Below, in pieces: positions 30,658 through 40,000 of a stretch of 40,000 bases of DNA. Source of the stretch: Prevotella phage Lak-A1; sequence record MK250015.1. One strand, written 5' to 3'. The first letter of the stretch is position 1. Each line of letters opens with the position of its first letter. A program made the position numbers and the translations under genes. The notes under the pieces were generated by a model. It made no database searches. It saw nothing but the letters and a program-made list of their open reading frames with translations, and was not told the origin of the DNA.

Positions 30658-31818
30658 ATGATTAAGAATATAGGAATTTGTTTTGGTGGTTATTGTCCTA
30701 TGCATCAGGGACATCTTGACCTTATAATGAAAGCAAAGAAAGAAAATGATATTTGTTATGTGGTTGTTTGTGGTTATACAGATGAACCACGAGGTAATGA
30801 ATTAGGTCTTAATATTAATAATAGAAAAAGACTTATTAAAGAGTTTTTTAAAAATGATGAACTTATTCGAGTTCTTACTGTAAATGATACAGAATTAGGT
30901 ATTGATGAAAGTATGTCTGAACATAATTGGAAAGTATGGACAGATTATGTAAAATATCAAATTACAGATGATCTTCTAGGTGGAGGTCCGACATTTCCAT
31001 TTAGTCCAGATGAAAGGATTAAAGCGCATGAATTGAAACTTACATTCTATGTTGGTGAAAAGTTCTATGTTGAATCATTGAATAAATTAAATATTAATGC
31101 AGTGTTAGTTGGTTACGATGAGAATTCTCCATCTAATAGAAGTAATGATATATCAGCAACATATATTAGACAAAATCCTCAATATTATTGGGATAAGATT
31201 GTATCAACATTTAAACCTGCATTAACAAAGAAAATTCTTGTATTAGGTACAGCATCAGAAGGGAAATCAACACTTGTTAAAGATATTGGTAATTATTTTA
31301 ATATACCATATACAACAGAATTCGGTAGGGATTATATGGAGAAACATTGTATGTTAGATCCTGATATTACTGTAAATGATTTTGTTGAATTCCTTATTGG
31401 ACAGAGACAATACTATTTTGATGCTTTGAATGATAAAGGAAATAAGGGCGTTATCATTTCAGATACAGATAATCTCGTTACACTTATGTATGCAAAAGCA
31501 TATGTATCTGATAATAATATGCAAATTACTGAAGATGAATATAACAATATATTGAAACCACTTGCAAAATCATTACAAACAGGTGTTTCATGGGATGTAA
31601 TTTATCTTATCAAACCGCATAATAAATTTGTTGATGATGGAACACGTTACATGAATCAATCTTCAATAGATGAGAGAATGAAGAATTATAAAATTCTTTT
31701 ATCATTACTTGAAGAGTTTGGTTTACTTGATAAAGTAATTGAATTGAATGGTTCTTATATGGATCATTTTAATTATGTTAAGGATTATATCACAAAATTA
31801 TATGATAAAGAAAATTAA
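30658..31818 (+). CDS. nadR: bifunctional NadR-like NMN adenylyltransferase / ribosylnicotinamide kinase
   Basis: CFGGYCPMHQGHLDLI nucleotidyltransferase motif, SATYIRQNP, and Walker A VLGTASEGKSTL with TTEFGRDYME. Confidence 0.92.
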   Translation: MIKNIGICFGGYCPMHQGHLDLIMKAKKENDICYVVVCGYTDEPRGNELGLNINNRKRLIKEFFKNDELIRVLTVNDTELGIDESMSEHNWKVWTDYVKYQITDDLLGGGPTFPFSPDERIKAHELKLTFYVGEKFYVESLNKLNINAVLVGYDENSPSNRSNDISATYIRQNPQYYWDKIVSTFKPALTKKILVLGTASEGKSTLVKDIGNYFNIPYTTEFGRDYMEKHCMLDPDITVNDFVEFLIGQRQYYFDALNDKGNKGVIISDTDNLVTLMYAKAYVSDNNMQITEDEYNNILKPLAKSLQTGVSWDVIYLIKPHNKFVDDGTRYMNQSSIDERMKNYKILLSLLEEFGLLDKVIELNGSYMDHFNYVKDYITKLYDKEN

Positions 31819-32467
31819 TAATATATTATATTCAGAGTTTATAGAAGGAAGAAATATTAATGAACATTTGTTTATGCTCATTGGTATTTTCCTTCAATTA
31901 ATTGCATGGTATATAACTAAAGATTCATTAATTTCTTTAATATCGGGTGTAACTGGTATTATATCTGTTATATTATGTTCACAAAGAAAGATTTCATTTT
32001 ATTTCTTTGGCTTTATACAGTTAGGAACATATATGTATCTTGCATGGCAGCAAAGATTTTATGGTGAATTAATAGAGAATGTATTTTATATTATTACTAT
32101 GTTAATAGGTATTGTAGTATGGTTAAAAAATTATAATACTGAAGAACAAATAGTAGAATCTAAAAGACTTTCTGATAGGTTATTCTATATAATATGTAGT
32201 ATAATGGTGTTTATCTGTGTATTATTTGGTTATTATATGAAATACTTTACAGATAATACACAACCATTTATGGATTCATTTTCAACAGTACCTGCATTTA
32301 TAGCGCAGACATTGTTAATGTTACGATATAGAGAACAATGGATATTCTGGATTATAATTGATGTTGTTTCTATATTCATGTGGATGTTTGCTGATAATTG
32401 GATAATGGTTATTCAATTTATATTTTGGACAATGAATTGCATATATGGTTATAGAAAATGGAAATAA
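31802..32467 (+). CDS. pnuC: PnuC-like nicotinamide riboside transporter
   Basis: Multi-pass membrane protein with LISLISGVTGIISVILCSQRKISFYFFGFIQLGTY and PAFIAQTLLMLRYREQWIFWIIIDVVSIFMW; ATG at 31802 overlaps the end of nadR. Confidence 0.88.
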   Translation: MIKKINNILYSEFIEGRNINEHLFMLIGIFLQLIAWYITKDSLISLISGVTGIISVILCSQRKISFYFFGFIQLGTYMYLAWQQRFYGELIENVFYIITMLIGIVVWLKNYNTEEQIVESKRLSDRLFYIICSIMVFICVLFGYYMKYFTDNTQPFMDSFSTVPAFIAQTLLMLRYREQWIFWIIIDVVSIFMWMFADNWIMVIQFIFWTMNCIYGYRKWK

Positions 32468-32482
32468 TAAAAATAAAATAAT

Positions 32483-32728
32483 ATGACATTTGTTATTATA
32501 GTAATAGTTATTTGCTTAACTGTATATGGTATTATGGCATCTAAACATAATGCAGAAGAAAGTAAAGCATTTTGGGGTGATCATTCAGATTCATCTGATG
32601 TTAAGAAATTAAAGTCAAGAATGAAACTTTTGATTGATAGAGTAGATTTACTTGAGGAACGAATTAATAAGTTAGATGGACAGAGTTTAAAATCAAGAAT
32701 TGATAGAAAAACATTTAATAGCAATTAA
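32483..32728 (+). CDS. small membrane-anchored protein with coiled coil, 81 aa
   Basis: N-terminal TM followed by a helix-forming segment. Confidence 0.6.
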   Translation: MTFVIIVIVICLTVYGIMASKHNAEESKAFWGDHSDSSDVKKLKSRMKLLIDRVDLLEERINKLDGQSLKSRIDRKTFNSN

Positions 32729-32731
32729 TAT

Positions 32732-33199
32732 ATGAAAGCAGAAAGAACAAATTTTGAAGTTTTTGATTGGATGAAAGAACATCAAAAAGAGTATAATTAT
32801 AGTGATGAATTTATTAATGTATATAAGGACTGTTATTTTTTGAAACGTCTCGAAGGAAAAGTATTTAAAGGTGAATTTTGTGGATATAAAGTAACACCTG
32901 ATAATTCAGATAAATCTTATTTTGTAGAAGAAGGAATTAGAGGATGTGAACGAGGATTTTTTACTGTACTTGATAATAAACTTATTAAACTTGAATTTGA
33001 TTCAGTACAGGATGAATTGTGGTTTAGTAATAAGTATAAGAAAAATGAGAATTCAATTATAGAAAAGTATATCAATCCTAAATTGAAATATCTTACAGAA
33101 TTCTTGAAACTTGAAACACTTACAGATAATGAAAGAATGATGATTAATGATCATATTCAATCATTAGAGTTTATTATTAATTCACTTTATAAAATTTAA
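32732..33199 (+). CDS. hypothetical protein, 155 aa
   Basis: Supplied ORF. Confidence 0.65.
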   Translation: MKAERTNFEVFDWMKEHQKEYNYSDEFINVYKDCYFLKRLEGKVFKGEFCGYKVTPDNSDKSYFVEEGIRGCERGFFTVLDNKLIKLEFDSVQDELWFSNKYKKNENSIIEKYINPKLKYLTEFLKLETLTDNERMMINDHIQSLEFIINSLYKI

Positions 33200-33210
33200 T
33201 TTTATTTAAT

Positions 33211-33372
33211 ATGAGTTTTCTTACATATTTTTTAATTGCTTATGGTATTATTTCAACCATTTCTATTTGTGTATTTGCATATGAAATAAAACATGCACGT
33301 AATATTGATTCTAATGCATGTTTTTTAAGAGGTGATATATCAAAAGATGCATTTAATAATAAAACAAAGTAA
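33211..33372 (+). CDS. small membrane protein, 53 aa (MSFLTYFLIAYGIISTISICVFAYEIKHARNIDSNACFLRGDISKDAFNNKTK)
   Basis: Complete ATG-TAA reading in the gap between genes; not in the ORF track. Confidence 0.5.
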   Translation: MSFLTYFLIAYGIISTISICVFAYEIKHARNIDSNACFLRGDISKDAFNNKTK

Positions 33373-33397
33373 TTAATATATTAAAATTATAAGATTC

Positions 33398-34159
33398 ATG
33401 GCGTATATAGATAAAACCTATATAGTTGATTATCAGCAGTTTAAAGAAGTTCGAGACTGGTGTAAAGGTAAGATTGTCGAACTTCCTAATGGCCTTAAAT
33501 ATCATGCAGAGAATTTTTTGAATGATAAAGATATGTCAGAAGAGTATTTCAATAATTGGAAGAATGAAATTATTGAAAATCGAATGAGGACTTATGGAGA
33601 GACATATGAAAAGGCATATAAAAATGCAGAAATTCCATTATGGAATACACCATATTACTTTGATATATGGCTTATAAAGAATTGTCCTATACAATTTATA
33701 CAGGATCGACTTAAATATCAATATGATGATGAATATGAGCAGATTAAAAATGGGACATCATCATATGATACATATAAGAGAAATGGTCTTGGAAAGAATT
33801 TTCATTATAAAGTAATTCGCAAACCAAATTGGAACCCACGTTATAAATTCACTTATGTTGATCGACTCGGTAATGATAAGTGTTATAAGGAAAATCAAAA
33901 ACCGTGGTGGCTTATCACTATTGAAGATACTAAAACAGTAAATCCAATTTCATGGTGGGTAAATACTGAACATAATTATTGGACATGTTCAGAAGAAGGA
34001 CTTCCATTTAATAGTAATATGCTGGATATAAAGAGGAAGAATCTTAATATTCATGCTATCATCAGAATGATTAAGAAATGGGATTTACCTGTCGGCTCAC
34101 AAGTTAAGGTATTAAATAGATATTTCAATTACGGTTGGATTATTAATATTAAAAAATAA
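33398..34159 (+). CDS. hypothetical protein, 253 aa
   Basis: Supplied ORF followed by a strong hairpin. Confidence 0.7.
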   Translation: MAYIDKTYIVDYQQFKEVRDWCKGKIVELPNGLKYHAENFLNDKDMSEEYFNNWKNEIIENRMRTYGETYEKAYKNAEIPLWNTPYYFDIWLIKNCPIQFIQDRLKYQYDDEYEQIKNGTSSYDTYKRNGLGKNFHYKVIRKPNWNPRYKFTYVDRLGNDKCYKENQKPWWLITIEDTKTVNPISWWVNTEHNYWTCSEEGLPFNSNMLDIKRKNLNIHAIIRMIKKWDLPVGSQVKVLNRYFNYGWIINIKK

Positions 34160-34163
34160 AATT

Positions 34164-34204
34164 AGAAGGATGTTATTTAGACGGTTAAATAACATCCTTC
34201 TTTT
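34164..34204 (+). terminator. Rho-independent terminator
   Basis: agaaggatgttatttagacggttaaataacatccttctttt. Confidence 0.8.
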
Positions 34205-34242
34205 ATTATAAATATAAAAAATGGGATTAATACTTATATATG

Positions 34243-35289
34243 AATAAACAAATCAAGCAATTGTTAGAAAATTTATTTGATGATTATGATGACTTAATAT
34301 AGGATGATAATGATAATATTGAAAAAGATTCCATAGGTAAGAAAATAACTGATGAAGATATAAAGAAAAAAGTAAAAGAATGGTTGCGTTATAATATTGC
34401 ATCAAGTCCAGAAAATAATAATATAGATAGAAATCTTACTTTTGAATATATTGATGACATACTTTATTGTAATTTACATTTTAATGGTTATATGACAGTA
34501 TTTATGAGTGAAATACCTGATTATGTAAAGATTAATAAAATTACATGTAAAGATATTAAATTTAATAGTTTATATAATTTACCGAAGGAAATAGATGGAG
34601 ATATGCTTATAGATGGTTATAATCATACGAAATTAATTGGTAATTTCCCCGAAAAAATAGGTTGTTTAAAGATATGGAATTCAAAAATAAAATCATTGGA
34701 AGGACTCAATGATAATTGTGGTTCTATTGAATCATTAGAGATTGAGGCATGCAATAATTTCCAATATTTTATGGGTATTCCAGAAAATGTAGGACGTGTT
34801 TCTATACAAGAATGTAATAAACTTCAAAATTTAATAGGATTACCAGAATCTGTTGATGATATAGAGTTAACAGATTTAAGGAAATTTTCAAGTTTAGAAG
34901 GATGTCCAAAAGAGTTAAAAGGAGATTTACGTATAACAGATTGTAAAAAATTATTATCATTAAAATATATTTCATCTTTAATCATAGGAGATTGTTCTGT
35001 TACGTATACAGGTATAGAACATCTTGATATGACTGAATCAAATACAAGAGTTATAGGAGACTTTAATGTTTCTAATAATAAGTTAGTTGATTTAAGTAAT
35101 GGACCAGAAGATGTAAGAGGTAATTATGATTGTGCATATAACTCAAAATTGACATGTTTAAATGCGCAAGATACACTTATGTCTGGATATAAGAAAACAT
35201 TTGATTGTACGAAAAATAGAAGACTAAAAACATTATAGGGATTACCTATGATGATTAAAGGAGATATAATAGTAAATACAGATTTATAA
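34243..35289 (+). CDS. leucine-rich repeat protein copy 1, 348 aa, in-frame TAGs
   Basis: MNKQIKQLLENLFDDYDDLIQDDND...; LRR-like units (LQNLIGLPESVDD, SSLEGCPKELKGD); in-frame with track ORF 34384-35238, whose TAG at 35236 is read through to TAA at 35287. Confidence 0.7.
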
Positions 35290-35376
35290 AAATTAAATAC
35301 GTCATACAAATAATATATATGTTATAAGTAAACTATTTGATAAATATAAAAATTATATTAAACAATTTATATATGA

Positions 35377-36408
35377 ATAAACTTATTAGAAAATCTATTT
35401 GATGATTATGACGATATAATATAGAATGATAATGATGATATTGGAGATGATCTTATAGCTAAAAAGTTAAAAGAGGAAGAGTAGTAGAAAGTAAAAGAAT
35501 GGCTTTGTAATAATATCTCAACTAACAAATATGAAGTGTTTCTTAATAATATAGATAAATACGTTACATTTGAATATATTGACGGTATACTTTATTGCAA
35601 TTTAGAGTTTATTGATTCTATAACAAAATTTAAAAGTCCAATACCAGATTATGTAAAGATTAATAAAATTAAAGGTCACGGTCACATTACATTTAAGAGT
35701 TCATATAATTTACCAAAAGAAATAGAAGGAACTATGTGTATAAAAAGTAATGAGACAAAAATTATTGGTCCTTTCCCACAAAAAATTAAAGTCTTATGTA
35801 TAAAGTGCCCAAAATTAAAGTCATTAAAAGGCCTTAATGATAATTGTGTTTCTATTGGTAAATTATATATAGATAATAGTTTGAATTTACAAGATTTAAC
35901 AGGTTTACCAGATTCTGTCAACTATTTATAGTTGACTTATTGCAATTTTCCAAATTTAAAAGGATGTCCAAAACAATTAAATGTTTTAAACATACAAGAA
36001 TGTAATAAACTTGAAAACCTTATAGGATGTCCAGAAACTATTGAAAAAATAGATTTGTTAAATTTAGAAAATTTTTCAAGTTTAGAAGGATGTCCAAAAC
36101 AATTAGATGGATTGGATATATGTGGTTGTGAAAAATTAAAATCATTAAAATATATTTCTCCTTTAATAGGGAAAGGTGGATTAGGTGTTTCACGCTCAGG
36201 CTTAGTTGATTTAAGTAATGGTCCAAAAGAGATAGAAGGTAATTATTATTGCAATACTAATCCAAATTTGAAACGTTTAAATGCACAAGATACAGTTATG
36301 ACGGGACATGAGACTGCATTTCATTGTTATAATAATGATAGCTTAAAAAGATTAAAGGGATTACCTAAGATGAAATACAAAGATATAAAAATAAAGACTG
36401 ATTTATAA
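35377..36408 (+). pseudogene. leucine-rich repeat protein copy 2 with disrupted start
   Basis: Same frame runs LLENLFDDYDDII(TAG)NDNDD... through track ORFs 35536-35931 and 35932-36408, but the homologous ATG at 35373 is out of frame after an 11-nt deletion relative to copy 1. Confidence 0.55.
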
Positions 36409-36413
36409 AAAGA

Positions 36414-36454
36414 AATGAGGAATTAAACATTTTTGAAGTGTTTAATTCCTCATT
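36414..36454 (+). terminator. bidirectional hairpin terminator between convergent genes
   Basis: aatgaggaattaaacatttttgaagtgtttaattcctcatt. Confidence 0.8.
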
Positions 36455-36475
36455 ATTATTTTGTTAATATATTAA

Positions 36476-37276
36476 TTACTTTCCATAGTGGATGTAATCA
36501 ATAAGTGCATTTGTATCAAGATTAGACTCAATTGCCTCCTGATCGTTAACTTCCTTAAGAGCTGCAATAACAGCCTTAAGCAACTTACTACGACGAGCAA
36601 GAAGGTCTGCACGCTGCTTCTGTGACCACTCACCAGTAAAACGCTGATGTGTATAATCACCAACCTCAACTGTCTTCTTACGCTGAACAACTGCTGCACG
36701 ATAGTTTGCAGGAATATTAGCAGGGTCGATATTAGGATCTCGAAGAATTTCCTCAGTTGTTTCTGTTGTACGAGAAACACCCTTTACAAGTTCATTCTCA
36801 AGAATTTCACGATTACCATATTCTGCATTATTTGTAGGTTTCCAAATTTCAGAATCTGAATAAACAGGGATTCTCTCATACATTGTTACGAGTTCTTTTG
36901 ATGTAAGAATACTCTTAAGACGCATAAGATCAAGAGCCGTCAACTCACCGAATGAATGACCATCTACAACAAGCTCAACCTTACGAGCACCCATAGAGTT
37001 TGTAGCCTCAACAGAGAATACCTCATTAAGATAATTTGTTGCAATATTCTTAAACCAATCAAGCTGTTCTGATACAGTTGTCTGAACTGCTGTTACACCC
37101 TTCTTTGTAGGATCATCTGGATAACCCTCACGTGGGATATATGTCTTCTTCTCTCCGCGGAATGCGCCCTGTGCATTCTTAAAATACTGTGCATACTCAT
37201 TTACCTCTTTTGCATACACTGATGCAGAATGGTCGACCTTTGCAAGGACGACATTCATCTTTTCTACTTTTGCCAT
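36476..37276 (-). CDS. conserved-looking phage hypothetical protein, 266 aa, TAG-free and visibly less AT-rich
   Basis: Long supplied ORF; codon usage resembles an abundantly expressed protein. Confidence 0.8.
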   Translation of the reverse strand: MAKVEKMNVVLAKVDHSASVYAKEVNEYAQYFKNAQGAFRGEKKTYIPREGYPDDPTKKGVTAVQTTVSEQLDWFKNIATNYLNEVFSVEATNSMGARKVELVVDGHSFGELTALDLMRLKSILTSKELVTMYERIPVYSDSEIWKPTNNAEYGNREILENELVKGVSRTTETTEEILRDPNIDPANIPANYRAAVVQRKKTVEVGDYTHQRFTGEWSQKQRADLLARRSKLLKAVIAALKEVNDQEAIESNLDTNALIDYIHYGK

Positions 37277-37379
37277 AATTTACTAAAATTAAATGTTAAT
37301 GTTAAAACTAAATTTATTATATATACATGTGTTATAGAGAAAAGTCTAATTATAAATAGAATAAAATTATATCTTATAT

Positions 37380-38414
37380 ATGAATATAGATGAGTTATTA
37401 CAGGAATTAACAAATAATTTATTATATGAAGTAAATGAATATGAAAAACATAAAGAATATAGAAAAGATTATCGTAGTAGACTAAGGTATTATTTTACAT
37501 TAGAAGAACAATTAGGATTATATGTATATAATTATTATAAAGGATGTATATCATCAAGAAAATTAGTAAATATATCTGAATTAATTAATGATAATATATC
37601 AAATTTAAATGTAGATATATTCACACATTATTATATGAAAGTAGATTATAATAATAACATACCACATTATATAATATATCAAGAAAATAATGGTATACCT
37701 ATTTATATACAATTATATAATAATTCAGAGCAACATAAAGAAGATTTTATAAGTAATAATAAGATTATAATTTATATAGAGTTAAATGAGTTAAAAGAAA
37801 GTAAAGATACATTTATATATTATGCAATTAAATACCATTTTAAATATGTAATTAATAAAGTTTGTAAATATAATATTAATTATGTATTACAAAGAAATGA
37901 ATTAAATAATATTTTAACATTATATAAAAATATTGAAACTAATAATTATAAAGATTTAAAAGAATATTTGCAAAATTTAAATAATAATGAAATAATAAAA
38001 TATTGTGAGTATAAAGTATATTAGGATTTTATGATATATTATAATTATAATAATATTTTAAATACTTATCATATATTTGAATTTTATGTATATAAAATTA
38101 ATAGATTATATGATAATTAGGATTATTTATCTATATTTCTATTAGGTAAATTATTATAGAAACAGTATTTAATATATAATAAAGTAACAATAAATGATCA
38201 ATTTATAAATCATTATATTGAATGTTGTAAAAAATCTGATAGAAAATCAAATAGTTATAAACATAAATATCAATTAATAGCATTATATATTTGTGATATT
38301 CTATATATGAAAGCAAGCAAATATCGTACATATATCTATAATACAGTAAGTGATGTATTAACTAAAAAACATATAAATTTTAATCCATTTAAATATTATG
38401 ATAACAGTAAATAA
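37380..38414 (+). CDS. hypothetical protein, 344 aa, multiple in-frame TAG
   Basis: Track ORF 37380-38024 ends in TAG; the same frame continues through more TAGs to TAA at 38412-38414. Confidence 0.65.
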
Positions 38415-38922
38415 GTCTATAGATATAAATAAGGAATCATATCCGAAATGTCCATACAGTAAAGAATTATGTGATCCAAATATATTGTTTAATGATTATG
38501 CTATTAATAAGAAAGATAAATGTATATCATGTAAATATTGGAGATCTAATTATGATTATATAGTTAATAAACATTTAGAAGATGTAAAGAAGAATCCTAA
38601 TTCAAATTATAATATTATTGTTAATGAAGTAAACAGAAATGGAGGAAAGTATATAAAATTTGATAATGATGATATTGGGTTTTTGATTTGTGCGACATCT
38701 ACAATAGAAGATTATTACTATATGTATATGGATAAAGACAGAAATATTAAAATGTCATCATGTGTCGGTGGATATGAAATTATAGAATCTCCAGAAACAA
38801 TACAGAATCTCTCTGTATTGAGTTATATTCGCAAACATGATAAAATGTATATCAAAGAAAAAATAACGCGATACATAAAGAATTTGAAATATGATAAAGT
38901 AATAACTAATATATTTTATTAA
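38398..38922 (+). CDS. hypothetical Cys-containing protein, 174 aa
   Basis: Supplied ORF overlapping the previous one by 17 nt; cysteines in KCPYSKELC and KCISCKYW. Confidence 0.6.
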   Translation: MITVNKSIDINKESYPKCPYSKELCDPNILFNDYAINKKDKCISCKYWRSNYDYIVNKHLEDVKKNPNSNYNIIVNEVNRNGGKYIKFDNDDIGFLICATSTIEDYYYMYMDKDRNIKMSSCVGGYEIIESPETIQNLSVLSYIRKHDKMYIKEKITRYIKNLKYDKVITNIFY

Positions 38923-38999
38923 TAAATATTTAAATGATTAAATATAAGTTTTATATTTAAATAAATATAACAAATAAAAATATATTTTTAATTGTAAAG

Positions 39000-39446
39000 A
39001 TGAAAGTTAAAGATAAGAAAGCATTATATGAATCCATCATGATGAATGTATCAAAGATGGTTAAGAAAGCCATAAATGAATATGGTGACGGTATTGATGC
39101 AGAAGATGAAATCGTTGATGACGAACCAATGGATGATGATATTACTGTATATGTCCCATTGGTTGGTTGTGAGTGTAAATGTATTCTTTGTAATGATGAG
39201 GATGGAAATTCATATTATGAGGTTCATGATGATAATGATGATTATGTATGTGAAGTTCATGATGATGTTGATCCAGAGGATGAAGATGCATTGGTTTCTG
39301 CTATTGAAGATAATTATCAGTGGGAAACACAGTCTGGTGATTATGAGGATGTAGATCCATTGGGACCTTCAGATGATGATGAAGATTCTGATGATATGGA
39401 TGATGCATTTGATGATTATGAGGATGAAGAAGATTATGATGTTTAA
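39000..39446 (+). CDS. highly acidic protein, 148 aa, with CxCxxC
   Basis: Very high Asp/Glu content; GCECKCILCNDEDG motif. Confidence 0.7.
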   Translation: MKVKDKKALYESIMMNVSKMVKKAINEYGDGIDAEDEIVDDEPMDDDITVYVPLVGCECKCILCNDEDGNSYYEVHDDNDDYVCEVHDDVDPEDEDALVSAIEDNYQWETQSGDYEDVDPLGPSDDDEDSDDMDDAFDDYEDEEDYDV

Positions 39447-39450
39447 ATAA

Positions 39451-39810
39451 ATGAAACGGATTATTAATATAAGACCTTTATCAGAAGAAACTATGCGAAA
39501 ATCTTTTGGTGCTTCAATGGAAGATAAGTTGAGGGAATTGAAAGATGAGATTAAAGACAGCAGGTTATTGGAAGATACATTGTCATTTCCTATTGGGCGT
39601 GAAGTTTATGTTGATCCGACCGCGGGTATGCGATATAAGATGTTGGGTGGACATTTATCATATGCCGGTATGAGTCTCAATCAGTTGGATTAGCAGTTAT
39701 ATTCTGATTTGGTTTCCGGTAGACAAACTGTTGATGCAGTATTAGATACCTGGAAAAATAAAAGGGTTAAAAAAATGAACTTTTCTTCAGGAAAAATGAA
39801 GAAAAAGTAA
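39451..39810 (+). CDS. hypothetical protein, 119 aa, in-frame TAG at 39691
   Basis: Track ORF ends ...LNQLD-TAG; the frame continues QLYSDLVSGRQTVDAVLDTWKNKRVKKMNFSSGKMKKK to TAA at 39808. Confidence 0.7.
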
Positions 39811-39834
39811 GATAAAACTATAAAAAATTAAATA

Positions 39835-39883
39835 AAAATGAGAATTAATAAAATATACGAAATTTTATTAATTCTCATTTTTT
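39835..39883 (+). terminator. bidirectional hairpin terminator
   Basis: aaaatgagaattaataaaat...attttattaattctcattttt. Confidence 0.7.
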
Positions 39884-39892
39884 AATTATTAT

Positions 39893-39991
39893 TCAGAATA
39901 ATGCATCACATTTATTCTCTTTTATCGGACACCAATTCTCGTTATAATTCCAATAACTATTTTCGTATATAGTATTGTTTTTAATAGCCAT
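39893..39991 (-). CDS. possible small protein, 32 aa (MAIKNNTIYENSYWNYNENWCPIKENKCDALF)
   Basis: ATG at 39991, TGA at 39893-39895; near the window edge. Confidence 0.35.
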   Translation of the reverse strand: MAIKNNTIYENSYWNYNENWCPIKENKCDALF

Positions 39992-40000
39992 TTTTATAGC

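Noticed and set aside
36472-36859. ORFs 36472-36780(-) and 36647-36859(+) overlapping gene 36476-37276
   Set aside because: Alternative frames of a clearly coding, high-complexity gene.
1-40000. CRISPR array, rRNA, integrase/transposase or insertion sequence
   Set aside because: No regularly spaced identical repeats, rRNA motifs or transposase/integrase motifs were recognised in the reading.

Overview
This 40 kb, very AT-rich window looks like part of a large Bacteroidetes-infecting phage genome, possibly Lak-like; that assignment is inferred. It appears to use genetic code 15, with TAG read as Gln. Several apparently fragmented ORFs join in frame across TAG codons into full-length proteins ending at TAA or TGA. 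Examples are 3261-4217(+), 8125-9585(-), 9627-10385(-), 17049-18197(-), 18228-21455(-), 21479-22495(-), 25692-26987(+), 34243-35289(+), 37380-38414(+) and 39451-39810(+). Recognisable genes are T4-type split DNA topoisomerase II subunits, FolD, a radical SAM enzyme, a zinc-finger/RYGV-repeat nuclease-like protein, an InlB-like/BACON-like repeat surface protein, a TonB-dependent receptor without in-frame TAGs, a DUF4407-like membrane protein, and a NadR-PnuC nicotinamide riboside salvage pair. Non-coding candidates include a ~1.5 kb tract with tRNA-like RNAs carrying long internal insertions, and seven copies of the Bacteroidetes -7 promoter element TATCTTTG. The strongest leads are: (1) insertion-bearing tRNA-like RNAs at 29016-29268 and 29858-30029; (2) an acidic N-terminal 'LLExLFDDD' peptide shared by five or six otherwise different proteins; (3) a radical SAM gene followed by a small protein with a Gly/Cys tail (YSGGCGNTYGGFSRSGGC); (4) a phage-borne TonB-dependent receptor; (5) a possible caspase/CHAT-like protein next to folD; (6) the NadR-PnuC module; (7) a tandem LRR duplication with an 11-nt frame-breaking deletion at the start of the second copy. 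All calls come from reading the sequence; no database search was run.
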